Assembly (NCBI GenBank): GCA_002245135.1
Contig: NGBS01000311.1
Location: 62,001-126,000, forward strand
DNA: 64,000 nucleotides
Origin: Proteromonas lacertae
Lineage: Eukaryota
Direction: 5' to 3'
Positions 37,940-51,015 of the stretch are shown here, piece after piece. The translations under genes were made by a program, and so were the position numbers. How positions within the stretch are numbered: position 1 is the stretch's first letter; each line of letters starts with the position of its first letter. The notes beneath the pieces were generated by a model. That model was not told the origin of the DNA and made no database searches. It saw nothing but the letters and a program-made list of their open reading frames with translations.

Positions 37940-39367
37940 TCAGTTTTCTTCATCTTCATCTTCATCTTTTGAATTGTGAGGAGTAATAGCTTTATACAGA
38001 TTAGCTAAACCTTTATTCATAGTATTTAACGCTTCAACCACCATCTTCTTATCAACTGCAGAGAAATCAATAGATTCTGGGTCAATCTTTGATATACCAT
38101 CTAAAGTACTTCTCATACCTTTATTTATCTTCTTATCTACATCGCTATCACTTTTGTCTTTTTTCTCCTCTCTTTCATCATAATCTTCTTCATCATTTTC
38201 TTCTTCTTCATCATTACTGTCTTTAGGATTAAAAATTACTTTCTTTCCTGAGTGTTTCTTATTCTTTTCTTCCTCCTCTTCATCATCATCTTCTTCTTCA
38301 TTATCATGATCATCATTCTCATTTTCAACTTTCTTAATCTTCTCAATCAATTTCTTTGGTATTAAATCAATAATCAAACAATAAATAAACATTAATCCAG
38401 TAATAATCATACCATATCTAACAGAGGGAATACTACAGAATATAATCATTAATCCAATATCTCTAATCAACCATTTAACTATATAACCCATCGATCCATT
38501 TGGATTGAAATAATTCGACATCCAATATGTTATAATAATAGAAACGATCAATGCAATACTGAAATAAGTGATTACAATATAAGGATGATTCTGTGTGAAG
38601 GATGTTAAGAATGGAAGCCATTTGTTAGTAGCAAATCCAATTGAAGCTACAACGCCTAAGAAAAACCCACTTGCACCTTTAGTATAACGATGTAATATAT
38701 AATAGATGATAAAGAATAAGGAGAATAATGTACCTAATCCTGTGAATGATATATAGTAATATAATTTATATTGACTTACTGATGGAGCATAATGAATGAA
38801 AATTAATCCAATGAAAAGATAGATGATGGTAGAGAGTTTTAAACGTCGAGTGACTATTATTTCATAGTTTGCGTCAATATTTGATGTTATTGCTACACAT
38901 GTCCTCTTGAATGGAGATGTATGTAGTAAACAACCGTATAGCTCTTTACAGTGGATTGTATGTAATTGTTGATATATAAATTTTCCTATTATTCCATCCT
39001 CTGAAGGGTCTTTTGCTCTATTTCATAGATTATATAATGATGTATAATACCTTTCATATACACTCTGTGAGTAAAAAAGAGAATATAATTCACCATCTTC
39101 TGAATATACTGAAGCATCATAATTAGATGAACTAGCTATGGCACTTATGTTAATTACATTTGTGCTGAGAATGAAACTAAAATTACTATAATCTTGTTTT
39201 CCAAAACAAAATATCCTCTGCTCACCCCTTGCCATCTAACAATTAGATATATACAGATATACATAAAAATCTTCTTCTTTAACAAGGTTTTTAATTCTTG
39301 TATCATTACTATCACAATTAATAAAAGCATTCAGTAGAACAAATATGAAAATAGATTTATAATTCAT
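37940..39367 (-). CDS. NEMP: NEMP/TMEM194-like nuclear envelope membrane protein
   Basis: Signal peptide, SPFKRTCVAI, LYYYISFTGLGTLFSLFIIYYIL, VKWLIRDIGLMIIF, acidic tail. Confidence 0.65.
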
Positions 39368-39544
39368 TCGAAAATTCAAAAAATTCAAAAGTGAAAAGCA
39401 AGTTTGGCTTGATTTTATAAAATGAGATAAACATGTGCAAAAAGATGTTGTATGTTAAAATATACATCTGATGATATGATTTAATCGAATAGTGTTTAAA
39501 TTATAATTAATAATTGTATTTCATGTAAAACCTTACTTTTTTTA

Positions 39545-39929
39545 TTTAGGTATTAGTTATTGTATGAAAAGCAGAAAAATGAAATAATTTATATTATATT
39601 AATAAGGATTATCAACTTATGAGTATTTTAGTTAATTAATGCTTGACTAGGTTTGATTCTTATTTAAAAATTGCTGTTGTTTTTTACAGTAGTAAACAGT
39701 CAAAAGAGTAAAAATAATGTATGAATCAATTATTTGTAATTTCATTAGATCATAGTGAATATATAAATTAAAACAGATGAGTTTTTACACCTCTCCTACT
39801 TCTTATGGTCGAAGCAGATCTAATTTAACAAACTTGTCACCTAATAAAAATTTGGCTCATACTACACCATCTAAACGCTTCTCTATTCCAAATTCTTTAC
39901 AAAAACCAGTCTCACCATATCTAGAAGTA
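39545..39929 (+). repeat. ~385-bp direct duplication of the upstream region and first ~50 codons of the giant gene
   Basis: Matches 42531-42915; truncated ORF from ATG 39777. Confidence 0.95.
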
Positions 39930-40027
39930 ATAAGAGTAATGGTGTTAAGCTGATGATTATTTTGATTATCATATAATTATTTGTATGTATTTCTCTTATA
40001 TTTACAATAATCACTCCGCTAAACATT

Positions 40028-40138
40028 TCTTATATATAGGTCCCATGATCTGTTAATATATGAGAGTGTATAAGAGGTTAAGGCTGTCAAATATAGAATG
40101 AATAAGAAAAATTAAGAATAAAAAGTTTGAGCTTGATT
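40028..40138 (+). repeat. 111-bp dispersed repeat, copy B, directly upstream of ATG 40158
   Basis: Inverted match to 36472-36582. Confidence 0.9.
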
Positions 40139-40157
40139 TAAACTTAAAAAAAATAGA

Positions 40158-42443
40158 ATGAATAAAAATTGCAAACTAGACGAGAATTGTATAAAATCGG
40201 ACCATTCCATAATTAATACATACAAAAATCTGAGTGTAGATGATAAAGAAAAAAACAATCAAGAAATTAGTCTAAAATCAAGATCAAGTAAATCATATAA
40301 AGATGTTATTGCCAATTTAGACTGCATTTCTGATGAAATGGATTTACCAACAGTTGAATATCCTGATTCTGCATATAAATCCAATCCGTATGTAGAAGAA
40401 AGAATGGATGATAATATACGTTATTTGAAAGGAAGAATACCATCTCCAAAGTGGAATAAACTTATAGAAAGCACTGATAAACATTTTTCTGGAAATTCCT
40501 CAAAACCTTTACCATTAACTTCAATGCAGGAAGAACCACATCACTCACCTGAGAATAAGAATGAAAGTAAAAGAGAAGTGATAGAATGGATTGCAATAGG
40601 AGATCATTCATATGTAAAATCCGATTATGATATATATTCATATTTAGAGAAATATCTATCAGCTGAAGAAATGTCAAAGAAATATAAAATATCGATGTAT
40701 GAATGGCATGATTTATTACAATCTCATAATCCAGATAAGATAAATATTGCTGAAGAAGATAATGAAAGTGAAAGAGAAGTGATAGAATGGATTGCAATAG
40801 GAGATCATTCATATGTAAAACCTGATTATGATATATATTCATATTTAGAGAAATATCTATCAGCTGAAGAAATGTCAAAGAAATATAAAATATCGATGTA
40901 TGAATGGCATGATTTATTACAATCTCATAATCCAGATAAGATAAATATTGCTGAAGAAGATAATGAAAGTGAAAGAGAAGTGATAGAATGGATTGCAATA
41001 GGAGATCATTCATATGTAAAACCTGATTATGATATATATTCATATTTAGAGAAATATCTATCAGCTGAAGAAATGTCAAAGAAATATAAAATATCGATGT
41101 ATGAATGGCATGATTTATTACAATCTCATAATCCAGATAAGATAAATATTGCTGAAGAAGATAATGAAAGTGAAAGAGAAGTGATAGAATGGATTGCAAT
41201 AGGAGATCATTCATATGTAAAACCTGATTATGATATATATTCATATTTAGAGAAATATCTATCAGCTGAAGAAATGTCAAAGAAATATAAAATATCGATG
41301 TATGAATGGCATGATTTATTACATTCTTATGATCCAAATAACAAAAAATCAGATGATAAAAATGAGATTAAAGATAAAAATGAAGAATATGAATGGATTG
41401 CAATAGGAGATCATTCATATGTAAAATCCGATTATGATATATATTCATATCTAGAGAAATACTTACCAGCTGAAGAAATGTCAAAGAAATATAAAATAGG
41501 TCTATATGAATGGCATGATTTATTACATTCTTATGATCCAAATAACAAAAAATCAGATGATAAAAATGAGATTAAAGATAAAAATGAAGAATATGAATGG
41601 ATTCAAATTGGAGATGATGCTTATTCAAAATCTGATTATAATGACTATTCATATCTAGAGAAATACTTACCAGCTGAAGAAATGTCAAAGAAATATAAAA
41701 TAGGTCTATATGAATGGCATGATTTATTACATTCTTATGATCCAAATAACAAAAAATCAGATGATAAAAATGAGATTAAAGATAAAAATGAAGAATATGA
41801 ATGGATTCAAATTGGAGATGATGCTTATTCAAAATCTGATTATAATGACTATTCATATCTAGAGAAATACTTACCAGCTGAAGAAATGTCAAAGAAATAT
41901 AAAATAGGTCTATATGAATGGCATGATTTATTACATTCTTATGATCCAAATAACAAAAAATCAGATGATAAAAATGAGATTAAAGATAAAAATGAAGAAT
42001 ATGAATGGATTCAAATTGGAGATGATGCTTATTCAAAATCTGATTATAATGACTATTCATATCTAGAGAAATACTTACCAGCTGAAGAAATGTCAAAGAA
42101 ATATAAAATAGGTCTATATGAATGGCATGATTTATTACATTCTTATGATCCAAATAACAAAAAATCAGATGATAAAAATGAGATTAAAGATAAAAATGAA
42201 GAATATGAATGGATTCAAATTGGAGATGATGCTTATTCAAAATCTGATTATAATGACTATTCATATCTAGAGAAATACTTACCAGCTGAAGAAATGTCAA
42301 AGAAATATAAAATAGGTCTATATGAATGGCATGATTTATTACATTCTTATGATCCAAATAACAAAAAATCAGATGAAATGAAAAATGATATAGAAACTAA
42401 AAAGTGTAAAAAAGTTGTTGAAGATAGAAGTATTACTGTATGA
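40158..42443 (+). CDS. Tandem-repeat protein (9 x 67-68 aa), paralog of the giant gene
   Basis: 761-aa ORF; shares the PDSAYKSNPYVEERMDDNIRYLKGRIPSP block and the repeat domain with 42763. Confidence 0.8.
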   Translation: MNKNCKLDENCIKSDHSIINTYKNLSVDDKEKNNQEISLKSRSSKSYKDVIANLDCISDEMDLPTVEYPDSAYKSNPYVEERMDDNIRYLKGRIPSPKWNKLIESTDKHFSGNSSKPLPLTSMQEEPHHSPENKNESKREVIEWIAIGDHSYVKSDYDIYSYLEKYLSAEEMSKKYKISMYEWHDLLQSHNPDKINIAEEDNESEREVIEWIAIGDHSYVKPDYDIYSYLEKYLSAEEMSKKYKISMYEWHDLLQSHNPDKINIAEEDNESEREVIEWIAIGDHSYVKPDYDIYSYLEKYLSAEEMSKKYKISMYEWHDLLQSHNPDKINIAEEDNESEREVIEWIAIGDHSYVKPDYDIYSYLEKYLSAEEMSKKYKISMYEWHDLLHSYDPNNKKSDDKNEIKDKNEEYEWIAIGDHSYVKSDYDIYSYLEKYLPAEEMSKKYKIGLYEWHDLLHSYDPNNKKSDDKNEIKDKNEEYEWIQIGDDAYSKSDYNDYSYLEKYLPAEEMSKKYKIGLYEWHDLLHSYDPNNKKSDDKNEIKDKNEEYEWIQIGDDAYSKSDYNDYSYLEKYLPAEEMSKKYKIGLYEWHDLLHSYDPNNKKSDDKNEIKDKNEEYEWIQIGDDAYSKSDYNDYSYLEKYLPAEEMSKKYKIGLYEWHDLLHSYDPNNKKSDDKNEIKDKNEEYEWIQIGDDAYSKSDYNDYSYLEKYLPAEEMSKKYKIGLYEWHDLLHSYDPNNKKSDEMKNDIETKKCKKVVEDRSITV
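40570..42376 (+). repeat. Coding tandem array with periods 201 nt (x3) then 204 nt (x5)
   Basis: EW codons at 40584, 40785, 40986, 41187, 41391, 41595, 41799, 42003, 42207. Confidence 0.95.
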
Positions 42444-42762
42444 GCTTATGAATAAGACTATTACTTGTAGATACGAAAGAATTTGATAGTCATAATTATT
42501 ATTATAAACATATAAGACCATATTTGTTTGTTTAGGTATTAGTTATTGTATGAAAAGCAGAAAAATGAAATAATTTATATTATATTAATAAAGATTATCA
42601 ACTTATGAGTATTTTAGTTAATTAATGCTTGACTAGGTTTGATTCTTATTTAAAAATTGCTGTTGTTTTTTACAGTAGTAAACAGTCAAAAGAGTAAAAA
42701 TAATGTATGAATCAATTATTTGTAATTTCATTAGATCATAGTGAATATATAAATTAAAACAG

Positions 42763-45700
42763 ATGAGTTTTTACACCTCTCCTACTTCTTATGGTCGAAG
42801 CAGATCTAATTTAACAAACTTGTCACCTAATAAAAATTTGGCTCATACTACACCATCTAAACGCTTCTCTATTCCAAATTCTTTACAAAAACCAGTCTCA
42901 CCAAATTTGGAAGTACCAAAAATTGAAGCTATTGTGTACAAGCAAAAATATCCCACTTTATATGATAAGTTTGTTAAAGAAAATAGGGAACAACAAATTA
43001 GACTTCAATCAAGATCAACTGATCCATATAAAGATACGACTGTGTATCCAGACCATCACTTATCATATAAAAAAGATTTACCAATAGTCGAACATCCTGA
43101 TTCTGCATATAAATCCAATCCGTATGTAGAAGAAAGAATGGATGATAATATACGTTATTTGAAAGGAAGAATACCATCTCCAGAATGGAATACACTTGTC
43201 GAAACAACTGAGGAACAATTGTCTCATAATCCACCAAATCCCTTACCATTACCATCAATGCAGGAAGAACCACATCAATCACCTGAGAATAAAAGAGTAC
43301 ATGATTTATTACAGAATAAATATCATCAATCAACACCAAGTAGTATAACAAAAACCAAAACAGTTACAAATAACAACTGTTATAATAATACTTCCAATTT
43401 AACATCATTATATCATAATAATAATAATAATAATAAATCACCATTTACAGTTGGATATTCTAAAAACATTCCTACATATCCACCAACAAACTTAAATCAT
43501 AGTAATTTGAATAGTGAAAGAGAGAAATTGAGTAATTTAGAAAATACTATATTTACTTCTACTCCAACAAAGCCATATAATAATAATAATAACTTACAAT
43601 CATCACCATTTTCACCATTAGAAAAGAGTAAAATATCACCTGATAATCGATCAATATCTGTAACTCCAGAAAAGAAAAGACAATATGAGAATAATAATCC
43701 GCATATTTCACCAACCAGCAACTTCTGGAATAAAATGAAATCACCTCAATTAGAGCGACAGGAATATAAATCAAGAAATAATCTAACTAAGAAATCTGCA
43801 TTTGATAAACCTGATAATGATACAAGTATAATAGTGTTAAGAGGAAGAATATTCAAAAGATCTGACTATAATACAAATGAAGAAGATTTAAAGTTATTAA
43901 ATGATAAAGAAAAATCACTTTTATATAAAGTAACACCATTTGAATGGAATAAAATGATTAGAGAAGCAAAAATTAAGAAAGAAAATGAAAGAAAAAGATC
44001 AGAAAATAAGTTACCATTTCTGACTAAATATGTTAGAAGTGATTATATAACAGATTTAGAAATAGAAAATAAGATGACAGAGGAAGAAAGAAATATGAAA
44101 TATAATATATCACCATCAAAATGGAATAAATTAGTAGGTGATAAAAGATTGGAAAATGAAAATAAGAAAATGGAAAAACCATCACCAAGACAGTATCTAT
44201 TTGGCCAATCTAAAAAACCAAATCCTGATATATTATATGATAAAAACAAACCATATGATTTGACTGAGCAAGTGATGATCAATGACACTATATTTAACAA
44301 GTCACAGTGGAATGATGATCCTTTAATTGAGAGATTATTAAGTGAAGAAGAAAGAAAGAACAAATATAAAATGACTCCTTCAAGATATAATAGATTATTA
44401 GAAGATAAAGTAATTCAACATGAAAGGTTAAATAATAATAATAATAAAGTGAATATTAATGGAGTTTTATATGATAAATCTGAATATAAAACAGATGAAG
44501 TTATAGAATCATATATGAAAGAAGAAGATAGAAATAATAAACATAAAATTACTCCTTCTCAATGGAATAATATATTTTACAGTACAGAACGTATTCATAG
44601 AAATGAAATAAGATCAAAAACAACAACACCAATTCCAACAACAAATAAAACAACAACTGCTACTGTAAGACCTCAACAATCAAAAACACCTTCATTCAAA
44701 CCTTATAGTTCATCTAATGATTATTATGATAAAAATAAATACACAACAACTCCAGAACTAGAGAGAACATTATCTACAGAGCAATTACAAATGAAAAATA
44801 AAATGTCACCAACAAAATGGAATAAATATGTGTATGAAGAGATAGAGAAAAAAGATAGAGAAATGATGAAAGAGAATAATAATAAGAAATTAACTCCAGT
44901 GCCTTCTCCTCCACCAATACCATTAAATAAAGTAACTGTGAATGGAAAAGAGTATGATAAAGAAGAATATGAAAAACATAAACTACTGGAAAAAGATTTA
45001 CCTTCAGCAATGAAAGATAAGAAATATAAAGTTACTCCAAATGAATGGGAAAAGATACTGTTTGATAATCTCAATAATCAACAGAAGAATCAACAAAAAT
45101 ATCTACAACACCTTCAGCAAATCAATAAGAATGAACCAGAAAATGAAGAAAAGAAAGATAAAAGTTGTGATAATAAAGAAACACCAATAAAATCAAAGTA
45201 TCTTTTCAGTAAATCACCAAAATTTCAAAATGAAACAGTTAAAAAAGGAATGGAAAAAGTGAATGTAGATAATGAAGAACATCATAAATTTGAATATTTA
45301 ACAAATACAAAAATAGAAAATACATTATCTCCAGAACAAAGGGATAATAAATACAAACAAAAACCATCAGAATGGAATAATACAATAAGAAATAAACAAA
45401 GAGAAATGATAAATAAATCAACACCTCCAAAAACATCATATTTATCTTCTTCTTCTTCTTCTTCTTCTTCTTCTTCTTCTTCTCTCTCTGATTTATTAAC
45501 TCCAACAAAAAATATACTATTGAAAAATGAAAAATACAAAGATTTAACTAAATCATTATCACCTGAAGTAAAGAAGAAAATAAGAGAATTATCGCCAGCA
45601 ACATCTACACTTTCCAAACTTGTGAATGAAAATAAAATTAGAAGTAAAACTGAACCAAAGAAATCGAATCATTCTAATGATGATTATATTCATGTTGGAG

Positions 45701-48700
45701 GAGATGTATATAAACTATCAGAATATGATAAATATTCATATTTAGAACAATATCTATCATTTGAAGATATGAAAAAGAAATATAAAATACCAATGTTAGA
45801 TTGGCATGCTTTATTACAATCTCATAAACCCAAAAGCACAGTATCAGATAGTCTAACAGATAATAATGTTAGTAATGAGAAAAAGTATGATGAATCAGAA
45901 TATGATTTATATAGTGGGCTTGAGATAGGCTTGACAGATGAAGAAAAGAAGATGAAATATAAATATACACCAACTGAATGGGGGAATTATTTATTAAGTA
46001 GAACAAAGAAAGAAACATCTCCACATCCACCACAAGAGGATGTAATTCCACAGAATAAAGAACAATTTACTCCAAAAGAAAAAGAAAAAGAAAAAGAAAA
46101 AAATGAAAAACACTACGATAAAAATGACTTTGTGCCAGTTGGAAAATCAAAATATTTTGCTTATAAATGGAATAATGATGAAGAAATAGAAAGGTTATTA
46201 AATGAAAATGAAAGAAAGATGAAATATAATGTAGTTCCAGAGATATGGAATAAATTACTTCAAGATAAGAAGAAAGAAATGAAAGTAAAACAAAAGACAG
46301 AATCTCCATTGCTTACACAACCAAAAGTGTCTAAAGATACAATTATTAGTGATAGTGACAGTAATAATGATGAAAATGAAGAAGTGAAACAATTACCATA
46401 TAAATTTACAATCAAAGGAAAGAAAATGGAAGATAATAAGAAGGTTGATATACCAATAAGATCAGAATCAGCACCAGTAATGAACAATAATAATGTTTCA
46501 ACAACAAAAGTAAATGAAATGGTAAAAGATATTACTAAATCATTAAAACGAAAATCATTAGATGAAATTAAAATAGATGGAAAAGTATGTCATCCATTGG
46601 AATGGAAAACTGATGAAGAAATTGAATCTAAAATGAGTAAAAGTGAAAAGGATTTGAAGTATGTAATATCTCCAAATGAATGGAATAAATTCTTAATGGA
46701 TAAAAAGAAAGGACAAAACGAAAAACAACAATTACCACCACCACCAACAACAACAATAAAAGACAATAAAAACACAATTGTGTTGGATAAAAAAGAGAAT
46801 ATAGTTAATAACAATAAGAAAGTAGATATTCCTCCAAGATCTGAATCAACTCCTGTTGTGAAGAAAGAAAGAGATAAATTTGAAAGAGTGGAAGTAGATG
46901 GGAAAAAATATTCTGTATCATTGTGGAATAATAATGAAGAGATAGAAGCTCAAATGGATAAAAGTGAAAAAGAATTGAAATATGTTATTACTCCATATCA
47001 ATGGAATAAATATTTAAGAAATAAGAAGAAAGAAATTGAAGCTAAGAAATCAGTCTTATCTAAACCAGCAATTATACAAAACCAAAAAGCTGATAGTGAA
47101 AAGAAAGAAGATGAGAATAAAGAAGAAGATAAGATTGAATTAGTTCCAGTTGAAGATATGTTTGGAGGAATCTCTATTAATAATGAAAAATATTATGATT
47201 ATGAATATCACAGCAATAATTACATTGAGTCACAAATGACTGAAGAAGAAAGAGGTAAAAAGTATAAAATCCCACCAAAAGAATGGAATGATTTTCTAGA
47301 AAAGAAATTGAAAGAAATATCCAATAGATCCTTCAAGAAGATAGAAGAAAAAATAATCAAAGAAAAAGAAAAGATAAATGATAATATGAGTGATAATAGA
47401 ATCAATGAAATGTCAGTAAATGTTGATGATGATAAATCTAAATTAACTCCAAGTATGATAATACCAACAACTGCTAATAGAGATAGTACAAAACAAAAAG
47501 AAATAAAAAACATTATTAATAGTCATATGTTGAATATGAATGAAGAAAATGAAGGATATATCACAATAAAAGATAAAAACAATGAATTACATAAATACAA
47601 AAAGTCACTTTATGCAAGCGATTCACTAGCTGAAGGAAATATGAGTGAAGAAGAAAGGAAGATGAAATATAATGTAGATCCAAGTGATTGGAATAAATTA
47701 GTGTCTAAAAGAAGAGAAGAGATTAATAAAATGATTTGCACTACTGAAGAAGAAAGATCTATATTTAATTCTTTATCTTCTGCATCATCATCAATTTCAT
47801 CATCATTGTCATATTCCAGTGCTAGACAGAATGAGAAAGTGACAGTAAATGGAAAAAAGTATCATAAATCATCATATGAGACTAATGAAGAGATAGAGAA
47901 CAAAATGAATGAAGAAGAGAGGAATAAAAAGTATAAAGTAATGCCATATGAATGGAATAAAATATTAAAGAATAAAAAAGAAGAATTTTCAAAGAAAAGT
48001 ACATCCAATATTTTCAACAATAATAATCTTAAACCATCTCTTATACAATCTCAACAACAACAACAACAACATGAAATACCTTTACCACCTTCAGAATCAC
48101 ATTTATCATCAAGTTTACCAACATATAATACAAAACTAAGTAGGAATAACAACAATAAAATAGTGAATGATTATAATGATGATAATAAAGTAACAATAGT
48201 GGATGATTATGGAAATGTTAAAACATTTGATAAGAATTTATATCATTGTGATGAAGAAATTGAGAGTAAAATGAGTAATGAAGAAAGATTAAACAAACGA
48301 AAGATGACTCCTGGTAAATGGAATAAATACTTAGAAGATAAAAAGAATGAAATATCAAAACAACCACAAGAATCAATTAACAATGAATCTAATAAAATTA
48401 CACTAGATGGAAAGATTTATGACAGAAATGAATGGATTACAAACTCTTCAATAGAAAGACTTCTAAGCGAAAGTGTAAAAGTAAAGAAATACTCAATAAC
48501 TCCATCACAATGGAACAAGATTATTGAAACAAAGAAAGCTAGTCTAGAAAATCCTACTCATCATAAACCATATAGTGGTATGAAAAAAGAAGAAGAAGAA
48601 AAAATAGAAGTAAAAAAGGAAGAATATATGAATGATGATGAAGTTGAAAATATATTAAGTAGAGAAGAAAGAGATAAGAAATATAAGATTCCAGCTGTCG

Positions 48701-50540
48701 AATGGAATAGAATGATAAGAAAAAAGAAGAATGAATTGAATGATTTAAAGAATTCCTTAAAAGATGATAAAGATAAAGTAATGGTAGATAATATTACTTA
48801 CATGAAGTGTTTATGGAATAATAATGATGAAATTGAGTTATTAATGAGTGAAGAAGAAAAACAAAAGAAATATCTTATGAGTCCATTTAGATGGAATAAT
48901 TTCTTAGCAAAGAAAACAAAGGAGATAGTAAGTGGAAATCTCAATAAACCAATTAAAGAAGAAGAGAACAAAAATAAAAGCTCAACAATTAGAAATAAAC
49001 ATGATATAATAAAAATAGATGGTAGAATATATTTTGGAAATAATTATCATGATGATGAAGAAGTTGAATCTCAACTAAATGAAAGTGAAAGAAAGTTGAA
49101 ATATGTAATAACTCCAATTGAATGGAATAAACTACTTGAAGATAAAAAGAAAGAGATTGAGAAAGTAGCAAAGAAAGAAGTTGAATTATCACCACCACCA
49201 CCAAAAGTGAAAGATAATGCAAAATCAGTTATTAAAGATGATAATGATGAAGATGTTTTAGTGTCAAAATATAAATCTTATAAGAAAGAGAATGAGAATA
49301 AGTCTATTCCATCAAGATCACACTCTGCTCCAGTGGTAAAGAAAGAGAGAGATAGAATGGATAAAATAAAAATAGAAGGAAGAGAGTATAGTGCATTTTT
49401 ATGGCATAATAATGAGCAAATTGAATCACAAATGAGTGAAGAAGAAAGACAGTTGAAATATGTAATACCTTATTCAGAATGGAATGTATTTTTGCAAAGA
49501 AAAAAGAAAGAAATTGAGAATATACGAAAGGAGAAAGAACCACATATTACACCAATCACACCAAAACCAACTTTTTCCATTGATAAGAATGATATATTAA
49601 ATCCTCCAACTCAACCAAAACAACATACTATAGTAGATAATAATAATAACTATTATAGATTCAATACTCCAACTAAAAGTCGTGATTATCTTGTTGATGC
49701 TGATAATGATAATGATAAAGTAAAAATTGAAGATGAAGATGGAAATATCAGAGTTTTTGACAAGAATTTATATCATTCTGATGAAGAAATTGAGAGTAAA
49801 ATGAGTAATGAAGAAAGATTAAACAAACGAAAGATGACTCCTGGTAAATGGAATAAATATTTAGAAGATAAAAAAGAATGAATTATCAAAAACCACCAGA
49901 AAAGGCATTAGGTAAAAACCACCACTATCACCACCTCCACCACTTCAATTACCATCAAGCCAAGCCAATCAGAATTATAAAATTGAGAATGATATTAGCA
50001 ATCATTTTATTTATGAAAAGAAATTAGATAGTAGTAATGATTATAAAATCGATCCATTCCCTGTTCCTCCTCCTCAACAACAACAACCGTTGAAAAGTAA
50101 ATTTGTTAAGCAAGTATTATATTTGTGTATTTATTGTGTATTATCATAGATGCTAAATGAAGAACCACTTGTTAGAGATGAATATATCAGTTATGTGTGG
50201 AGATATTTGAAATTTGATTTACAAAAGATGAAAGACTATGTGGATTTATTATTTCCTAGAACTTTAACTGATGCTGATTATAATGAAATCAGGAACAACC
50301 CCAAAGCAAAGTTAGCAATTTTAAAATCCTTGTATTTATATCTAAAATCAATTGGAATTAATTTAAACAAGTATAAATTGTAAATTTTAATATTATAGAG
50401 ATAAATGTGAAGCTTCATCAGATAAAGATACACATAATTTCAAAGATTATAGTTTTAGAAAAGTGAATAAATTCTTAGAAAGTTGTGGAATGACATTTTA
50501 TAATGATATTGTTATGAATTCTATCAGTAATAATCATTAA
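42763..50540 (+). CDS. Giant (~2,500 aa) protein with ~22 dispersed copies of a ~45-aa KY-x-x-P-x-x-W-N domain
   Basis: ORF 42763-49881; continues past homopolymer indels at 49870-49920 and two short introns to TAA 50540. Confidence 0.8.
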
Positions 50541-51015
50541 TTTATTGTTCTATGTAAAATGTGGGATGAGAGTAAGAAAAAAAAGAGAGTATATTTCCTA
50601 TTATAAACAAGTGACGCTATTCATACTGACAATAACATAACTGCAATCTATTTCATACTCTTTGATGAGTAATTTCCAATTATGATTCTTTTCGAAGCAA
50701 ATGTGGGGCATTTATGTGTATAATATTAAAATTAGTAGGAAAACACCTGAAAATTCTATATTTCAAAAATGGAAGTATATCTGCACTCTAAGGACTCCTA
50801 CCTTTCACATAATTATATATAATTATATGATATATGAGTATCCAAATATAATTACTCGTAAAATTGAATTTTTCAACCCCATTCAACCTTAAATGCGAAA
50901 AAATGAATATGACAGTTCAATCAAAACGATTGGATCTTACGATTAAATTTTAATGATTTTATCTTTTTTGAGCCATTAGAAGTAAAATATAGTTTAATTA
51001 ACAAAACACATTAAG

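Noticed and set aside
40570..42376. CRISPR-like array
   Set aside because: Units are 201/204-nt in-frame coding repeats with no unique spacers.
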